Source of the DNA: an uncultured delta proteobacterium
Lineage (GTDB): Bacteria > Desulfobacterota > Binatia > UBA9968
Assembly (NCBI GenBank): GCA_963737905.1
Contig: CAVTUQ010000029.1
Location: 45,223-109,222 of the forward strand
Reading direction: 5' to 3'
Length of the DNA stretch: 64,000 bases
The position numbers and the translations under genes were made by a program. The notes under the pieces are model-generated. The model was not told where the DNA came from. It did no database searches and saw only the letters and a list, made by a program, of their open reading frames with translations. Below, piece after piece: positions 8,424 to 18,702 of the stretch. The first letter of the stretch is position 1; every line of letters starts with the position of its first letter.

Positions 8424-10007
8424 CTAGATCTCTCTTCGGCTTTTGGAGACGAACTGCCGATCATACAGAGCCTGGAGCTCTGTCAGTGTGGTAGATTGCT
8501 CGGGACTTTTATCGTCCCGGATTCTCGTGATCCGCGCAAAGCGCAGCGCGAAGCCCGAGCTGTACTGCGGGCTTCGCTGTATTTCATTGTAGGCGACTTC
8601 GACGACGACCTCCGGCTTTACCGTCACCGTATAGCCGTCGTCGGCAGTTTGTAGCTCACGCAACCGGGCCGTCATCTCAATGAATTCTTTATCGGTCAAG
8701 CCTTTAAAAGTTTTTCCCACCGGAGCAAATCCATCCGCGCCGTCGGCAACGGCGAGATGATAGTTAGAGAGCCAGCCGCGCCGTCTTCCCGAACCGCGAT
8801 CGGCGGCCGTGATCACGCAATCCACCGTTTCCGCGGGCTTGATTTTAAACCAAAGCTTTCCTCGGTTGCCTGGCATGTAGGGGCTATCCAAGGCCTTGGC
8901 CATCAGCCCTTCATGACCTGCGGCGAGGGCCTCGTTCAGAAAAACTTCGGCTTCGGCGATATCGGTCGTGATTTTTCGGTGCGCGACGTTTTTGCCTCTG
9001 GAAATAGCGCTCAGTTTCAACCAGCGCGCTTCATAAGGCTCGTCGATGAGCGAACGAGCTTCGAAAAAGAGGCAATCGAAGAGGTGAAGAGAAAGAGGGA
9101 TCTCGCTGGCCGCGGATTCAATTCCATGAATCCGCTTGAAGCGGCGCATGAGCTCCTGAAAAGGAAACGGCCGTCCGTCTTTGCCTACGGCCACAACCTC
9201 CGCGTCGAGAATGAAAGAATTCCCTTGAAGATCTTTGCGCACAATCTCAACGATTTCCGGTAGACTCCAAGTTACCTCAGAAAGGCGCCGGCTCCAGATG
9301 CGCACCTGCTCTCTCTCTTTATGAATCTGAACCCTCGCCCCATCGTACTTGAACTCAAGCGCTGTCTTTCCTCCATGAGCCGTGAAAATTTCGTTGAAGT
9401 CCTGAGATAGCTCGGAGAGCATGGGCAGCAGAGGAACGAAAAGTTTGATATCGACCTGTTGCAGACCAGCCATTCCGTCCGTAAGAGCAATTGTGGCAAC
9501 CTCGGCGAGGTCCGAAAGAAAAAGAGCCGCGCGGCGGACGGTTTTCAAATCCGTGTTGGAAGCGCGAGCGATCGCTTCTTGAATGAGGCCGTCGTGTAGA
9601 CCGATGCGCAGTTCGTTGTGGAGCAGGCGAAATAGAATGGGCCGTTCATGGGAATCGGCTCTTTCGACAAGCTCCGTGAGCCGAGCCAATTTTTCTCGGC
9701 GCGAGCCTTTGCCGCCGGCCTCGGCGATTTTGCCGAAACTGTCCGCGACATCTTTGAGCGTGAGCGACGTTGAGGATAGATTCTCGACTGCGGGGATTTT
9801 CGATGCTTCGAAAAAAGCCCCTGCCCCAATGTCGAGGGTCCGGGGATCGGAGACCGGAAATGGCCGGCCGGACAAGAACGCAATGCCGTACCGGATCTCA
9901 TCGGGCTGAAGCCGCTTGAGATAGGCCGCCGCCGACGCAATCTTCGCAAGCCGGCTCGGCGTTTTCTCGAGCTCGTAGCAGAGAGCGGCGAAGTCAGAAA
10001 ACTTCAT
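8424..10007 (-). CDS. ATP-dependent DNA ligase (LigB/archaeal-type, with N-terminal DNA-binding domain)
   Basis: Motif I EFKYDGARVQIHK, ILDAEVV, FDCL, EGLMAK, WFKIK, ALRFARITRIRDDK. Confidence 0.95.
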   Translation of the reverse strand: MKFSDFAALCYELEKTPSRLAKIASAAAYLKRLQPDEIRYGIAFLSGRPFPVSDPRTLDIGAGAFFEASKIPAVENLSSTSLTLKDVADSFGKIAEAGGKGSRREKLARLTELVERADSHERPILFRLLHNELRIGLHDGLIQEAIARASNTDLKTVRRAALFLSDLAEVATIALTDGMAGLQQVDIKLFVPLLPMLSELSQDFNEIFTAHGGKTALEFKYDGARVQIHKEREQVRIWSRRLSEVTWSLPEIVEIVRKDLQGNSFILDAEVVAVGKDGRPFPFQELMRRFKRIHGIESAASEIPLSLHLFDCLFFEARSLIDEPYEARWLKLSAISRGKNVAHRKITTDIAEAEVFLNEALAAGHEGLMAKALDSPYMPGNRGKLWFKIKPAETVDCVITAADRGSGRRRGWLSNYHLAVADGADGFAPVGKTFKGLTDKEFIEMTARLRELQTADDGYTVTVKPEVVVEVAYNEIQRSPQYSSGFALRFARITRIRDDKSPEQSTTLTELQALYDRQFVSKSRREI

Positions 10008-10174
10008 TGCCTGTATTCTACCACGTCACCTAAAACGGCAAGACAATCCAAGCCCACCCTGCTACGTGAAAGCGCCGCCTTAACCGATATTGGTCGGGCA
10101 GCCAGCTTAGGCGTTCGAGGTCGGTTGGCGGTATCCGCGACGTGTTAGACAGGGGTGTTTGGGTGCAAGGTAAA

Positions 10175-11134
10175 CTATGCGAACAGCGGGAGACCGGCCT
10201 CGAGCCAATGAGGACGAATGCCGGCTATGTTTAGCGACGCGAGGACCCGCTTGGGTTCACCGAGATCGTTCCATCTTACCCCGATGACCTTGAGAACGGC
10301 GAGCCGATCTGGACGGTGGGCGAGTACGTGATGGGAAAAATTTGTTTCCGTGATGCGCTGGTAAAGCTCATCGATGATAATAGATTCCTCGGCCGTGCCG
10401 AGGAATGGAGAGAGACCGATAAACGTTCCGTAGAGTTGCGGAATTGCGCTTTGAATGATTCCGAGTAAAGCTTGCACCGAGGCGACCATCACAAAACTGT
10501 TCCACAGGCACCCGCGAAGCTGTAGCACCTGAGCCAAGAGTTGATTGGGCTTCTCCCAAAAACGCCGCACGCCATAGACTCGCGATTGACCCCGGACCGG
10601 CTCCGACGGTTCGATCCAACCATATTCCACTTCCGGAGTTTCCGGGTCGAATCCAAGTAGGATGACCAAATCCGGTCGTTGGCGGGCGGTGTCCAGTGCA
10701 GCGCGGATATGGCTCATAAATTTTTCGTTGTCTGAAATGTAATGGTCAGAAGGAAGGAAGGCGACCAAAGCCTTAGGATCAACGGCGGCGATCCGCAACA
10801 AACTATAAAGAATTGCCGGTGCGGTGCCACGATTGCTGGGTTGAACCACAAGGTGTCTTCCGGACTCACCGCCCACAATGGGCCCGTAGTAGGGCGCGTG
10901 AACGCGATTGACAACATAGAGGGTTCGTTCGCGCGCCAGTTCCAGGGCGGCGCGAGTTCGTGTTTCTTCGAGAAGCGTTTTCTTGCCAAACACGGAGCAG
11001 AACTGCTTAGGCCGCTCGTCGCCAGCGATCTTTCTGGTGAGAGACTTGAGGCGCGTGCCGTCGCCGCCCGCCAGAATGACTGCCCATTCGCTTTCTCGAT
11101 TGCGGACAGTGCCCGTCAACGTTAGGTAATTCAT
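10175..11134 (-). CDS. Sugar-phosphate nucleotidyltransferase (mannose-1-phosphate guanylyltransferase-like, no isomerase domain)
   Basis: VILAGGDGTRL, RPKQFC, QPSNRGTAPAI, PSDHYI, EYGWIEP, FWEKP, WNDLG. Confidence 0.9.
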   Translation of the reverse strand: MNYLTLTGTVRNRESEWAVILAGGDGTRLKSLTRKIAGDERPKQFCSVFGKKTLLEETRTRAALELARERTLYVVNRVHAPYYGPIVGGESGRHLVVQPSNRGTAPAILYSLLRIAAVDPKALVAFLPSDHYISDNEKFMSHIRAALDTARQRPDLVILLGFDPETPEVEYGWIEPSEPVRGQSRVYGVRRFWEKPNQLLAQVLQLRGCLWNSFVMVASVQALLGIIQSAIPQLYGTFIGLSPFLGTAEESIIIDELYQRITETNFSHHVLAHRPDRLAVLKVIGVRWNDLGEPKRVLASLNIAGIRPHWLEAGLPLFA

Positions 11135-11454
11135 AAGTTTGTCCTTGTTGTCGTTTCTAACGTGTGGCTGTTAAATGCCTGTTTCCTCTATGTTAAATCT
11201 TTGATGACCAGTGGAACAGAAAGGATGCAACAAGGCGGAGTTCAGAAAACAGATTGCCGGTCGAGCCAACTCGTCGACAATAGCGTCCGTGGTAGAGGCC
11301 CATCGACTTCGGTCGGAGGGTTTGCCGCTGCGGTTGACTATCGGAAGAATCCGCGCCTATAGGCAACAATAGTGAAATGGATAACTCCCGGACTAGGGAT
11401 CATTTCTCGTATCTTGTGGCCTGCTCGACAACAACTTGGCAAAGGAGAAGAAAA

Positions 11455-11922
11455 ATGACCAAAAGAACAAATTTGAATCCGCAAGCTCAATCGCAAGAGT
11501 TGGTTAGAGCCGGTATCGAGCAGACGCTGCAAAAATTATCGACAGCATTTCGTGAGCACGACGCAAGTGCTTTGAGCGGCATCTACGTGGAGGATGCTGA
11601 TTGGACAAATGCCTTTGGCACAACCCGACATGGACGTGACGCGATTATCTCCTATCTCAGGGGGCTCTTCGCTGATCCGCACTTTGCTGCCGGTAAGCCA
11701 GTCGGCGCACCGGAACTGGCGGTCCGCTTCGTTACCGACGACGTGGCCCTAGCCAAGACGTACGTGGAAATTCAAGGGCAACAAACGGTCGCAGGTGGCG
11801 TACTCCCAATGCGACGGAATCACTCGCTCAAAGTATTGAGCCGGCAGTCGGATGGACGATGGCTCATCGTTTCAGAAATTTTCATGGATGCTCGTGATGA
11901 CAGCACCTACGTCGAGAGCTAG
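11455..11922 (+). CDS. SgcJ/EcaC-like NTF2/SnoaL-fold protein (DUF4440-like)
   Basis: AFREHDASALSGIYVEDADWTNAFG..GRDAI, VRFVTDDVALA, DGRWLIV; RBS AAGGAG. Confidence 0.8.
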   Translation: MTKRTNLNPQAQSQELVRAGIEQTLQKLSTAFREHDASALSGIYVEDADWTNAFGTTRHGRDAIISYLRGLFADPHFAAGKPVGAPELAVRFVTDDVALAKTYVEIQGQQTVAGGVLPMRRNHSLKVLSRQSDGRWLIVSEIFMDARDDSTYVES

Positions 11923-12092
11923 CCGCCCGGAAAACAAGGCCAACTGATCTGAACCTGACCCTTGGGTTGAAAAAGAAGCGCGCCTCTCACCCACGTCGTT
12001 AGGCGGCAACCCGGGAGAGTCGGCGGACAACATTAAGTTGTAGTATTATAATCCACAGGTGGCAGGTTCCTCCTGGGAGACGAGTTGTACTG

Positions 12093-13070
12093 ATGTCAAA
12101 ACTCAAACTTACCCTCGCATGCTGGGACTATGATCGCACCCGTCCGCTCATCGATGGTCGTGTCCAAGCCGAAGGCATCGATTTGGAGATCAAGATCATG
12201 CGTCCCCGCGAGATCTTTCCCAGGATGCTGGAGAACAAAGAGTTTGAGGTTTCGGAGCTATCGCTTGGCTCTTATGTGATCCTCAAAGGCCGCGACATTT
12301 GCCCTTTCGTGGCGGTGCCTGTCGCGTTGTCTAAGATCTTCCGCCACTCTTGTATTTACATACGGACCGATGCCGGCATCCGGACGCCTGAAGACCTCCG
12401 GGGCAAAAGGGTGGGAACGACTCAGCTCGGTTCTACCGGCGTCGTCTTTATGAATGGGATGCTGCAACACGAGTACGGTGTGACACTGGAGGATATTCAC
12501 TGGTTCGTTGGCGGATTGGCTGACGCGACCCCACGACCCGTGATTCCGTTGAAGCTGCCGGGGAAAATTAAGATTGAGTTTCTGCCGTCGGACCAGACAC
12601 TGGAGGGAATGCTGGAGAACGGGAACCTCGACGCGTTGTTCGCGTTGTATATTCCCTCCATTTTCCAGAAGGGCTCGCCCCGCATAGCGCGCCTGTTTCC
12701 GAACTATTGTGAGGTAGAGCAAGATTATTATCGTCGCACCCGCATCTTCCCGATCATGCATACGGTGGTAGTACGCGATGATGTCTGTCGAGAGCACCCG
12801 TGGGTGACCCGGAGTATATACAAGGCCTTCTGCGAAGCTCGGGATCTAGCGATCGGTGGACTCTATGACACGGACGCGCTACGCCTCTCGCTTCCTTGGC
12901 TCATCAACCATATCGAGGAGACATGGCGGGTCTTAGGGAAGGATTTCTGGGCCTATGGTTTGGAGCCTAACCGGCCGGCGCTACAGGCTATCGGTCAGTA
13001 TGTGTACGAGCAGGGTTTCTCGCCCCGCGCTGTTGGGCCTGAGGAACTGTTCGCCTCGAACGTGGAGTAG
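12093..13070 (+). CDS. 4,5-dihydroxyphthalate decarboxylase-like (PhtD/OphC-like, SBP fold, no signal peptide)
   Basis: LTLACWDYDRTRPLIDG, EVSELSL, FRHSCIY, IFPIMHTVVVR, WAYGLEPNR. Confidence 0.85.
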   Translation: MSKLKLTLACWDYDRTRPLIDGRVQAEGIDLEIKIMRPREIFPRMLENKEFEVSELSLGSYVILKGRDICPFVAVPVALSKIFRHSCIYIRTDAGIRTPEDLRGKRVGTTQLGSTGVVFMNGMLQHEYGVTLEDIHWFVGGLADATPRPVIPLKLPGKIKIEFLPSDQTLEGMLENGNLDALFALYIPSIFQKGSPRIARLFPNYCEVEQDYYRRTRIFPIMHTVVVRDDVCREHPWVTRSIYKAFCEARDLAIGGLYDTDALRLSLPWLINHIEETWRVLGKDFWAYGLEPNRPALQAIGQYVYEQGFSPRAVGPEELFASNVE

Positions 13071-13349
13071 ACAGATAATATGGCCCCTTTACTCTGTTTG
13101 GTGACGATTATTCGTACTGAACACCTCTGGTCCGCTGGCAGTTTGGCTTTCAGTGACGAGGTGAGCTTGGGGTCAAAGCGATGCATCGCGAAGTTGCCGA
13201 GGTAAGCGGGATGTACACACTGCGGGAGCCGTGTGTGTTCAAGGGAAGTCACCCGCATAGGTAGAACGGCAATGCGGAGTTGTATGTCTTTGAAGCCAGC
13301 ATTTTTCATCAGTCCTTCGACTTCTTTTGCGAACTTTTGGGACAGGACA

Positions 13350-14333
13350 CTAGTTGGGTAACCACGCAAGCGCGCCGCGGACTTCGGTAAATTCGCGCGG
13401 CAACTTGACCCACCACTCGCCGCCATCCGAGCTGGCGAAGAGCTGTCCGTAGTGGCTGCACGCGAGAATCAGGTCGGGATCTGCCGGATGGGTCGCGAAG
13501 CACTCCATGTGAGTGTTCGGCGCGATGGGCAGCAGTGGCGTTTCCCAAGTGTGACCGCCGTCCGAAGAGCGCTGTATCGAGCCGAGGCCGCCGAGGGCGT
13601 CGTCGCCGATAGCCGCAAGAATCACTCTCACATCGTCTTGCTTAAAGACTATGCTTCGGCAATACGGCAAAGGAAATTTTCCGCGCACGCCGAGCGCCTG
13701 CCAATTCATTCCGCCATCGTTGCTGATGCAAATCTCGTCGGGGAGAGTGACCACCGCGGCTCCAGATTTGCCGGGCAGCGGTTTGATGTCATGAATATCG
13801 GGTTCATCCATGAGCCCGCCGGACGGGCGCGTCCAGCTCTCACCACCGTCCCGGCTCACGCGGACGCCGTCGACTTCGACTCCCGCCCAGACAAATTTGT
13901 GATCCAGGGGATCCACGACCAGAGCAGTTACGCGGGGCGTGGTAACATTAACGCATTCCGTCGAAAAATCCGCCGGGAGCTTCTCCCAGTGCAAGCCGCT
14001 GTCTCGCGAGCGAAAAATCGCCGGCGGCGCGGTTCCGGCAAACATCGTATTCGGAGCCACCGGATCGATGGCGATGCGCCAAACTTTGTAGCCATCCAAC
14101 GGAGAGTCGATATGCTCGAAGTTGGCGCCGCCGTCCTCGCTGCGATAGATGCCGTCATCGGCGCCGGCATAAATAACGCGGGGATCTTTCGGGTGCACCG
14201 CGAGGCCGAAGACCGACCTGCCGCCCTGGTACCCTTTCCACAATTTGCCTCTAGCCCAACTCATACCTCCATCGGCGCTGCGCCATAGACCCATGCCCAA
14301 AGTGCCGACGCAGATCGTGAAGTTTTTTGCCAT
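13350..14333 (-). CDS. BNR/Asp-box repeat beta-propeller protein (WD40/YVTN/BNR-like)
   Basis: Repeated SxDGGxxW boxes (RSADGGMSW, RSEDGGANF, SRDGGESW, SSDGGHTW). Confidence 0.85.
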   Translation of the reverse strand: MAKNFTICVGTLGMGLWRSADGGMSWARGKLWKGYQGGRSVFGLAVHPKDPRVIYAGADDGIYRSEDGGANFEHIDSPLDGYKVWRIAIDPVAPNTMFAGTAPPAIFRSRDSGLHWEKLPADFSTECVNVTTPRVTALVVDPLDHKFVWAGVEVDGVRVSRDGGESWTRPSGGLMDEPDIHDIKPLPGKSGAAVVTLPDEICISNDGGMNWQALGVRGKFPLPYCRSIVFKQDDVRVILAAIGDDALGGLGSIQRSSDGGHTWETPLLPIAPNTHMECFATHPADPDLILACSHYGQLFASSDGGEWWVKLPREFTEVRGALAWLPN

Positions 14334-14351
14334 AAGAGCCTCCTGTGGTGA

Positions 14352-14598
14352 GCAATGGAATACTGGAACAATGGAGTATTGGATCCCATCACTCCACTAC
14401 TCCAATGGTCCAATCTGGCATTGTGCAGAGCTTTGATCAAGCAGCCTGCGTCGCGCACGCGAGTACATAGTCGCTCGCTGCGCGAAAATGATGCGCGCAT
14501 GACATTGACGATGGTGTCGAGGTTTTGTTATTGCTGCCTCAGAACGGGTTGGATATTGAGTTCCATCACTCCATCATTCCACCACTCCATTACTCCAG
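14352..14598. repeat. 8-bp-period repeats (CATCACTC/CATTACTC type), first block forming a hairpin
   Basis: aatggaatactggaacaatggagtattgg-atc-ccatcactccactactccaat; ttccatcactccatcattccaccactccattactcca. Confidence 0.7.
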
Positions 14599-14614
14599 CC
14601 CAAGGAGGTAACCC

Positions 14615-15778
14615 ATGCCTGGAGCTCTCCAAGACTTGCGCGTGATCGACTTTACCCACGCTTTGAATGGGCCTTTCTGCACGATGCTACTCGGACATCT
14701 GGGAGCGGAGATCATCAAGATCGAGCCGCCGAGCGGCGACCGCTTTCGCCGGTCATGGATGCCGCGGGACGCAAAAAAGGATGGCTACGAGTTTCTTTGG
14801 ATAAATATCAACAAAAAGAGCGTCGTCCTCAATCTGAAGAGCGAACGGGGCGTAGAGCTAGCGCGCCGGTTGATCGCCACTGCCGACGTGCTGGTGGAGA
14901 ATTTTCAGAAAGGGACGATGGAGCGGTTTGGTCTGGACTATGACTCGCTGAAAAGTCTCAACCCGCGGCTGATATATGCTTGCTCGCGCGGTTACGGCGA
15001 ATCGGGGCCCTATTCAGCCTACGGCAACACAGCGCAATCCAACAACAGCATGACCGGATGGACCCACACGTCGTGGGGGTACAGCGGCGCCCCGGGGACG
15101 AAGTCCCTGGGCATCGGCGACGAAGCAGCTGGCGTTAGCATGTGCGTCGGCATTCTCGCAGCGCTGCACGCCCGCGAGCGCACCGGCGAAGGGCAGAAAA
15201 TCGTGGTGTCGATGCAAGAGGCGGTGCTCGGATTCATGATCAGCTCGATGCACGAGTATTTCACCGGCATCGACGTCGGCAACCAGCCGATTCCAGTGGC
15301 CGATGGTTTCTTCACGCTTCGGGTTCCCGAAATAAGCGACGGTGTCTGGGCGAAGCTTGCTCGTCTGATGGGCCAGGCCGAACTCGTGGAAGATCCGCGT
15401 TTTGTCACCGCGGCCGCACGCCGGCAACACCAGGCTGAGCTGGAGAAAATAATCAAAGCATGGGCGCAGGGGAAAACCCGCCAGGAATTATGGAACGGGC
15501 TGCGCGACCTGGACTACTTCGGCGCGCCTGTTTTGTCGACTCGCGAGGTGTTCGAAGATCCGCACATCAAAGCACGGCAAGCATACATTCAGCGCGATCA
15601 TCCGACTGCCGGGCCGACGACACTGCTGGCGCCGTGGATTCACCTGTCCAAGACGCCCGCCAGCATCCGCGACGATGCGCCGGCTATCGGCCAGCACACG
15701 GACGAGGTGCTCGGCGGAATCCTGGGGTTGAGCGGAACAGAGCTGGGAGATCTGCGCGCCACGGGGGTTATCAAGTAG
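14615..15778 (+). CDS. Class III CoA-transferase (CaiB/BaiF family)
   Basis: LRVIDFTHALNGPFCTMLLGHLGAEIIKIEPP, NKKSVVLNLK, ADVLVENF, APAIGQHTDEVL; RBS AAGGAGG. Confidence 0.95.
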   Translation: MPGALQDLRVIDFTHALNGPFCTMLLGHLGAEIIKIEPPSGDRFRRSWMPRDAKKDGYEFLWININKKSVVLNLKSERGVELARRLIATADVLVENFQKGTMERFGLDYDSLKSLNPRLIYACSRGYGESGPYSAYGNTAQSNNSMTGWTHTSWGYSGAPGTKSLGIGDEAAGVSMCVGILAALHARERTGEGQKIVVSMQEAVLGFMISSMHEYFTGIDVGNQPIPVADGFFTLRVPEISDGVWAKLARLMGQAELVEDPRFVTAAARRQHQAELEKIIKAWAQGKTRQELWNGLRDLDYFGAPVLSTREVFEDPHIKARQAYIQRDHPTAGPTTLLAPWIHLSKTPASIRDDAPAIGQHTDEVLGGILGLSGTELGDLRATGVIK

Positions 15779-15790
15779 GGATGGAGTGAC

Positions 15791-15841
15791 TCGCGCAAAG
15801 ACGCAAAGCATGTCCTGAGCGATGTCGAAGGGGTCGCAAAG
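15791..15841. repeat. CGCAAAG-type repeat interrupted by a 24-bp REP-like insert (CATGTCCTGAGCGATGTCGAAGGG, 15809-15832)
   Basis: Comparison with the uninterrupted cgcgcaaaggcgcaaaggccgcaaag at 1674. Confidence 0.65.
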
Positions 15842-15974
15842 AAATTAAACTTCCGTTGGCACTTAAATCTTCAACGGCTAAAGCAAGATTCTCTTGACAG
15901 CCCGTGCTGGCTGTGGTTCGAGAAGGCAGTGGGTTGTTTTCGCCGAGAAAATTCACTGAAGGTGAGATCTTGAT

Positions 15975-17252
15975 ATGATAACGCGAGAAGAAAACCAACT
16001 GCTGACTCATACCGATCGGGGAACGCCTGCTGGAGCGCTGTTGCGGCGCTACTGGCAACCAGTGGCTCTTTCAGAGGAGCTACCTCCGGGAGGCGCGCCA
16101 CTGGCTGTGAAGATTCTGGGCGAAGAACTGGTCTTGTTTCGCGACGATCAGGGGCAGGTTGGGCTTTTAGGGATTCACTGCGCGCACAGAGGAACAAATT
16201 TGAGCTACGGGCGAATCGAAGATGGCGGGTTGCGCTGTCTCTATCATGGTTGGCTCTACGATATTGGCGGCCGGTGCCTGCAGCAACCCGGGGAACCCGG
16301 CGGCGGAGAGCACAGGGATGCAATCCGCCAGCTTGCCTATCCGTGTGAAGAGGCTGGAGGAGTCGTCTTCACTTATATGGGACCAGGAGCACCGCCCTTG
16401 TTTCCCAACTATGATTTTCTCAAAGCATCCCGAGAGCATGTCTGCGTTGAAAAGATCTTTCACGAGTGCAATTACCTCCAGGCCAACGAAGGGAACATCG
16501 ATCCGGTTCACCTCTCTTTTCTGCACCGGTTTCTCGAGAACCGAGAGGAACAATACCGCGGCGTGCGCGGCGCCAACGAGTCGCATTACAATCTGGTGGG
16601 CCGAACGGTCACGCCTACCATCGATGTGGAGCTAGTCGACTTCGGAGTGCGCATCTACACGGTGCGGCAGATGGAAGCGGGCCAATCCTATCTCAGAGTC
16701 TCTTATTTTATCTTGCCCAACTTGAGCGCGTTTCCTGGGCAAACAGGGGGCGAGGGGTATTCAGTGAACTGGCATGTCCCCATCGATAATTCGCAGCACT
16801 GGAAATATACCTTTATCTACAGTTCGGGCGCGCCCCTCGATAAAGCTATTCTTGACCGAGAACGCTCGGAGCTAACCTCAGATTACCGATTGATCCGAAA
16901 CACCGCTAACCGTTTTCTGCAGGATCGCGAAGCCATGAAAACAAAAACCTTCGCGGGCATGGGTCATGGTTTTCAAGCTCACGACGCCTTCGCTACCGCT
17001 AGCCAGGGCACGATCCAGGACCGCACGGATGAGCACCTGGTTTCCTCGGACAAAGCGATCGTTGCGGCACGCAAGCTTCTCGAAAAAGCCATCCGGGATG
17101 TTCAGGAGGGACGAGATCCCGCCCATATCGCCAGGGAGCCCAACCAGAACCGCTTTCCTCAGCTACTGGTGATTTCGGATATGATCCCCGCGACCAGTGA
17201 CTGGAAGGATTACACCAGGGGGTTGGAAGTGGAAGCGACGGCGAAGCTGTAA
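15975..17252 (+). CDS. Rieske non-heme iron oxygenase alpha subunit (phthalate 4,5-dioxygenase-like)
   Basis: CAHRG...CLYHGW Rieske motif; EGNIDPVHLSFLH iron motif; N-terminus MITREENQLLTHTDRGTPAGALLRRYW. Confidence 0.92.
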   Translation: MITREENQLLTHTDRGTPAGALLRRYWQPVALSEELPPGGAPLAVKILGEELVLFRDDQGQVGLLGIHCAHRGTNLSYGRIEDGGLRCLYHGWLYDIGGRCLQQPGEPGGGEHRDAIRQLAYPCEEAGGVVFTYMGPGAPPLFPNYDFLKASREHVCVEKIFHECNYLQANEGNIDPVHLSFLHRFLENREEQYRGVRGANESHYNLVGRTVTPTIDVELVDFGVRIYTVRQMEAGQSYLRVSYFILPNLSAFPGQTGGEGYSVNWHVPIDNSQHWKYTFIYSSGAPLDKAILDRERSELTSDYRLIRNTANRFLQDREAMKTKTFAGMGHGFQAHDAFATASQGTIQDRTDEHLVSSDKAIVAARKLLEKAIRDVQEGRDPAHIAREPNQNRFPQLLVISDMIPATSDWKDYTRGLEVEATAKL

Positions 17253-17284
17253 TTTAGGGTAGGTGGAGATCTCTGAGTAACATC

Positions 17285-17468
17285 ATGGCCGCTATGCTCT
17301 ATCGCGCAGATCAAGTGGGCAGCCTTTTGCGTCCGCCGGAGTTACTTGAAGCTCGCGCCGCTAATGCCGCCGCGCGGATGACCTTAGAGCAATTGCGAGA
17401 GGTCGAGGGACGATCAGCTCCAAAAATTGGAATTGGTGGTCGCCACGGCTGAGAAAGTCTGGGGTTAA
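17285..17468 (+). pseudogene. Internally deleted cobalamin-independent methionine synthase II-family (MetE-like) gene
   Basis: N-terminus YRADQVGSLLRPPELLEAR...LREVE joined out of frame to C-terminus DDQLQKLELVVATAEKVWG*. Confidence 0.8.
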
Positions 17469-17574
17469 TCGGTAACGCTACAAAAAACGTGACCGTCCTT
17501 TCTCCCGCACCGCCTTGAATCAGTTTCTATTTTAGATGGGCACGAATTTCACCTGGAGGAGTTCACATCAAGCC

Positions 17575-18639
17575 ATGAAACTAAGAGTCGGTAATGGTTG
17601 CTGGCATGCGGGCCACGTGCAAGCTGCGATGAACGCCCTGGAGGCGGGTTTCTTCGCGCAGGAGGGTTTGGACGTCGAAGTTGTCCACGCCAAGATCAAC
17701 CCGAAGGGAATGGAGTCCAGCCGTCCTGACGGCGAGCGGTACGACGAAGTCGGCACCGTCGTGCGGGATATGATCGCTTTCAACATCGACATTATTCCCG
17801 ACGTCCATGTGCGCACGCCCTTTGCCGAGCGCGCTCTGGGCAACGACGAGGTGCGCATTATCGGCGGCTGGCGCAACTGGTTTCCCGCCACCCTTGTCAC
17901 AGCGCCGGGAATTAAATCGATCAAAGACCTCAGGGGGAGGCGCATCGGCGATTGGTACAAAGGCGGTATCGCCACTATGTGGATCGAGCATCAGCTACGC
18001 AAAGTCGGTTTGAATCCGGACAAGGATGTGGAGTGGAAAGTCGGCTACAAGTACGGTTCGATGCGCGAAGCGTGGAAACCCCTCCATGCCGGCGAAACGG
18101 ATGCTGCGCTGGTGCGAAATCAGTTTGTTCCCGAGCTCTTAGAAAAAGGATTCAACAAGCTCTATGATTTTGTCGAAGATAGCAAGCCGCACGGCCGGCC
18201 CGACCGCGTGACCGTAGCGCGTAAGTCTTTCATTGACCGCAATCCCGAGTTGATCAAGCGCTACTGGAAGGCGACGATCCGCGGCTATCACTTCATGCGC
18301 ATCGTGCCGGAGAACTATCCTTTTCAGCGCTTCGTGGAAGCCAAGATCCGCGTCAATAATCCTGATCCGTCGGAAAATATGCGTGACCTCCGCCCGATCC
18401 GGATTATGGAAAGCTCTTTTTTTCCGCTCGACGGACAGCTTACCGTTGAAGGAATCTGGCGTATCTTGGAAGAGCATCAGGATGCCGGCGTACTGGCAAA
18501 ATCGATCACGCGGCGAGACGTGGAAGAAGTGGTGCGTCAGGAGCTGGTCCAAGAAGCCTGGCAAGAAATTTCTCAGACGGACGAAGTGAAGCGCAATCTC
18601 GAACGGCTCCAGCCCGTGGTGGAGAAGTATGGGTATTAG
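17575..18639 (+). CDS. NMT1/SsuA-fold protein without signal peptide (CWHxxH N-terminal motif)
   Basis: EAGFFAQEGLDVE, IKSIKDLRGRRIG; no hydrophobic leader; upstream GGAGGA. Confidence 0.75.
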   Translation: MKLRVGNGCWHAGHVQAAMNALEAGFFAQEGLDVEVVHAKINPKGMESSRPDGERYDEVGTVVRDMIAFNIDIIPDVHVRTPFAERALGNDEVRIIGGWRNWFPATLVTAPGIKSIKDLRGRRIGDWYKGGIATMWIEHQLRKVGLNPDKDVEWKVGYKYGSMREAWKPLHAGETDAALVRNQFVPELLEKGFNKLYDFVEDSKPHGRPDRVTVARKSFIDRNPELIKRYWKATIRGYHFMRIVPENYPFQRFVEAKIRVNNPDPSENMRDLRPIRIMESSFFPLDGQLTVEGIWRILEEHQDAGVLAKSITRRDVEEVVRQELVQEAWQEISQTDEVKRNLERLQPVVEKYGY

Positions 18640-18702
18640 CGACTCACAGTGCGGTTCGATGTTTGGCCGGGAGGTCATGACCAACGAAGCTAGGGAGGCC
18701 CG

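Noticed and set aside
13100-13340. Minus-strand fragment EVEGLMKNAGFKDIQL resembling a methyltransferase C-terminus
   Set aside because: Too short, with no SAM-binding motif or start; cannot be supported.
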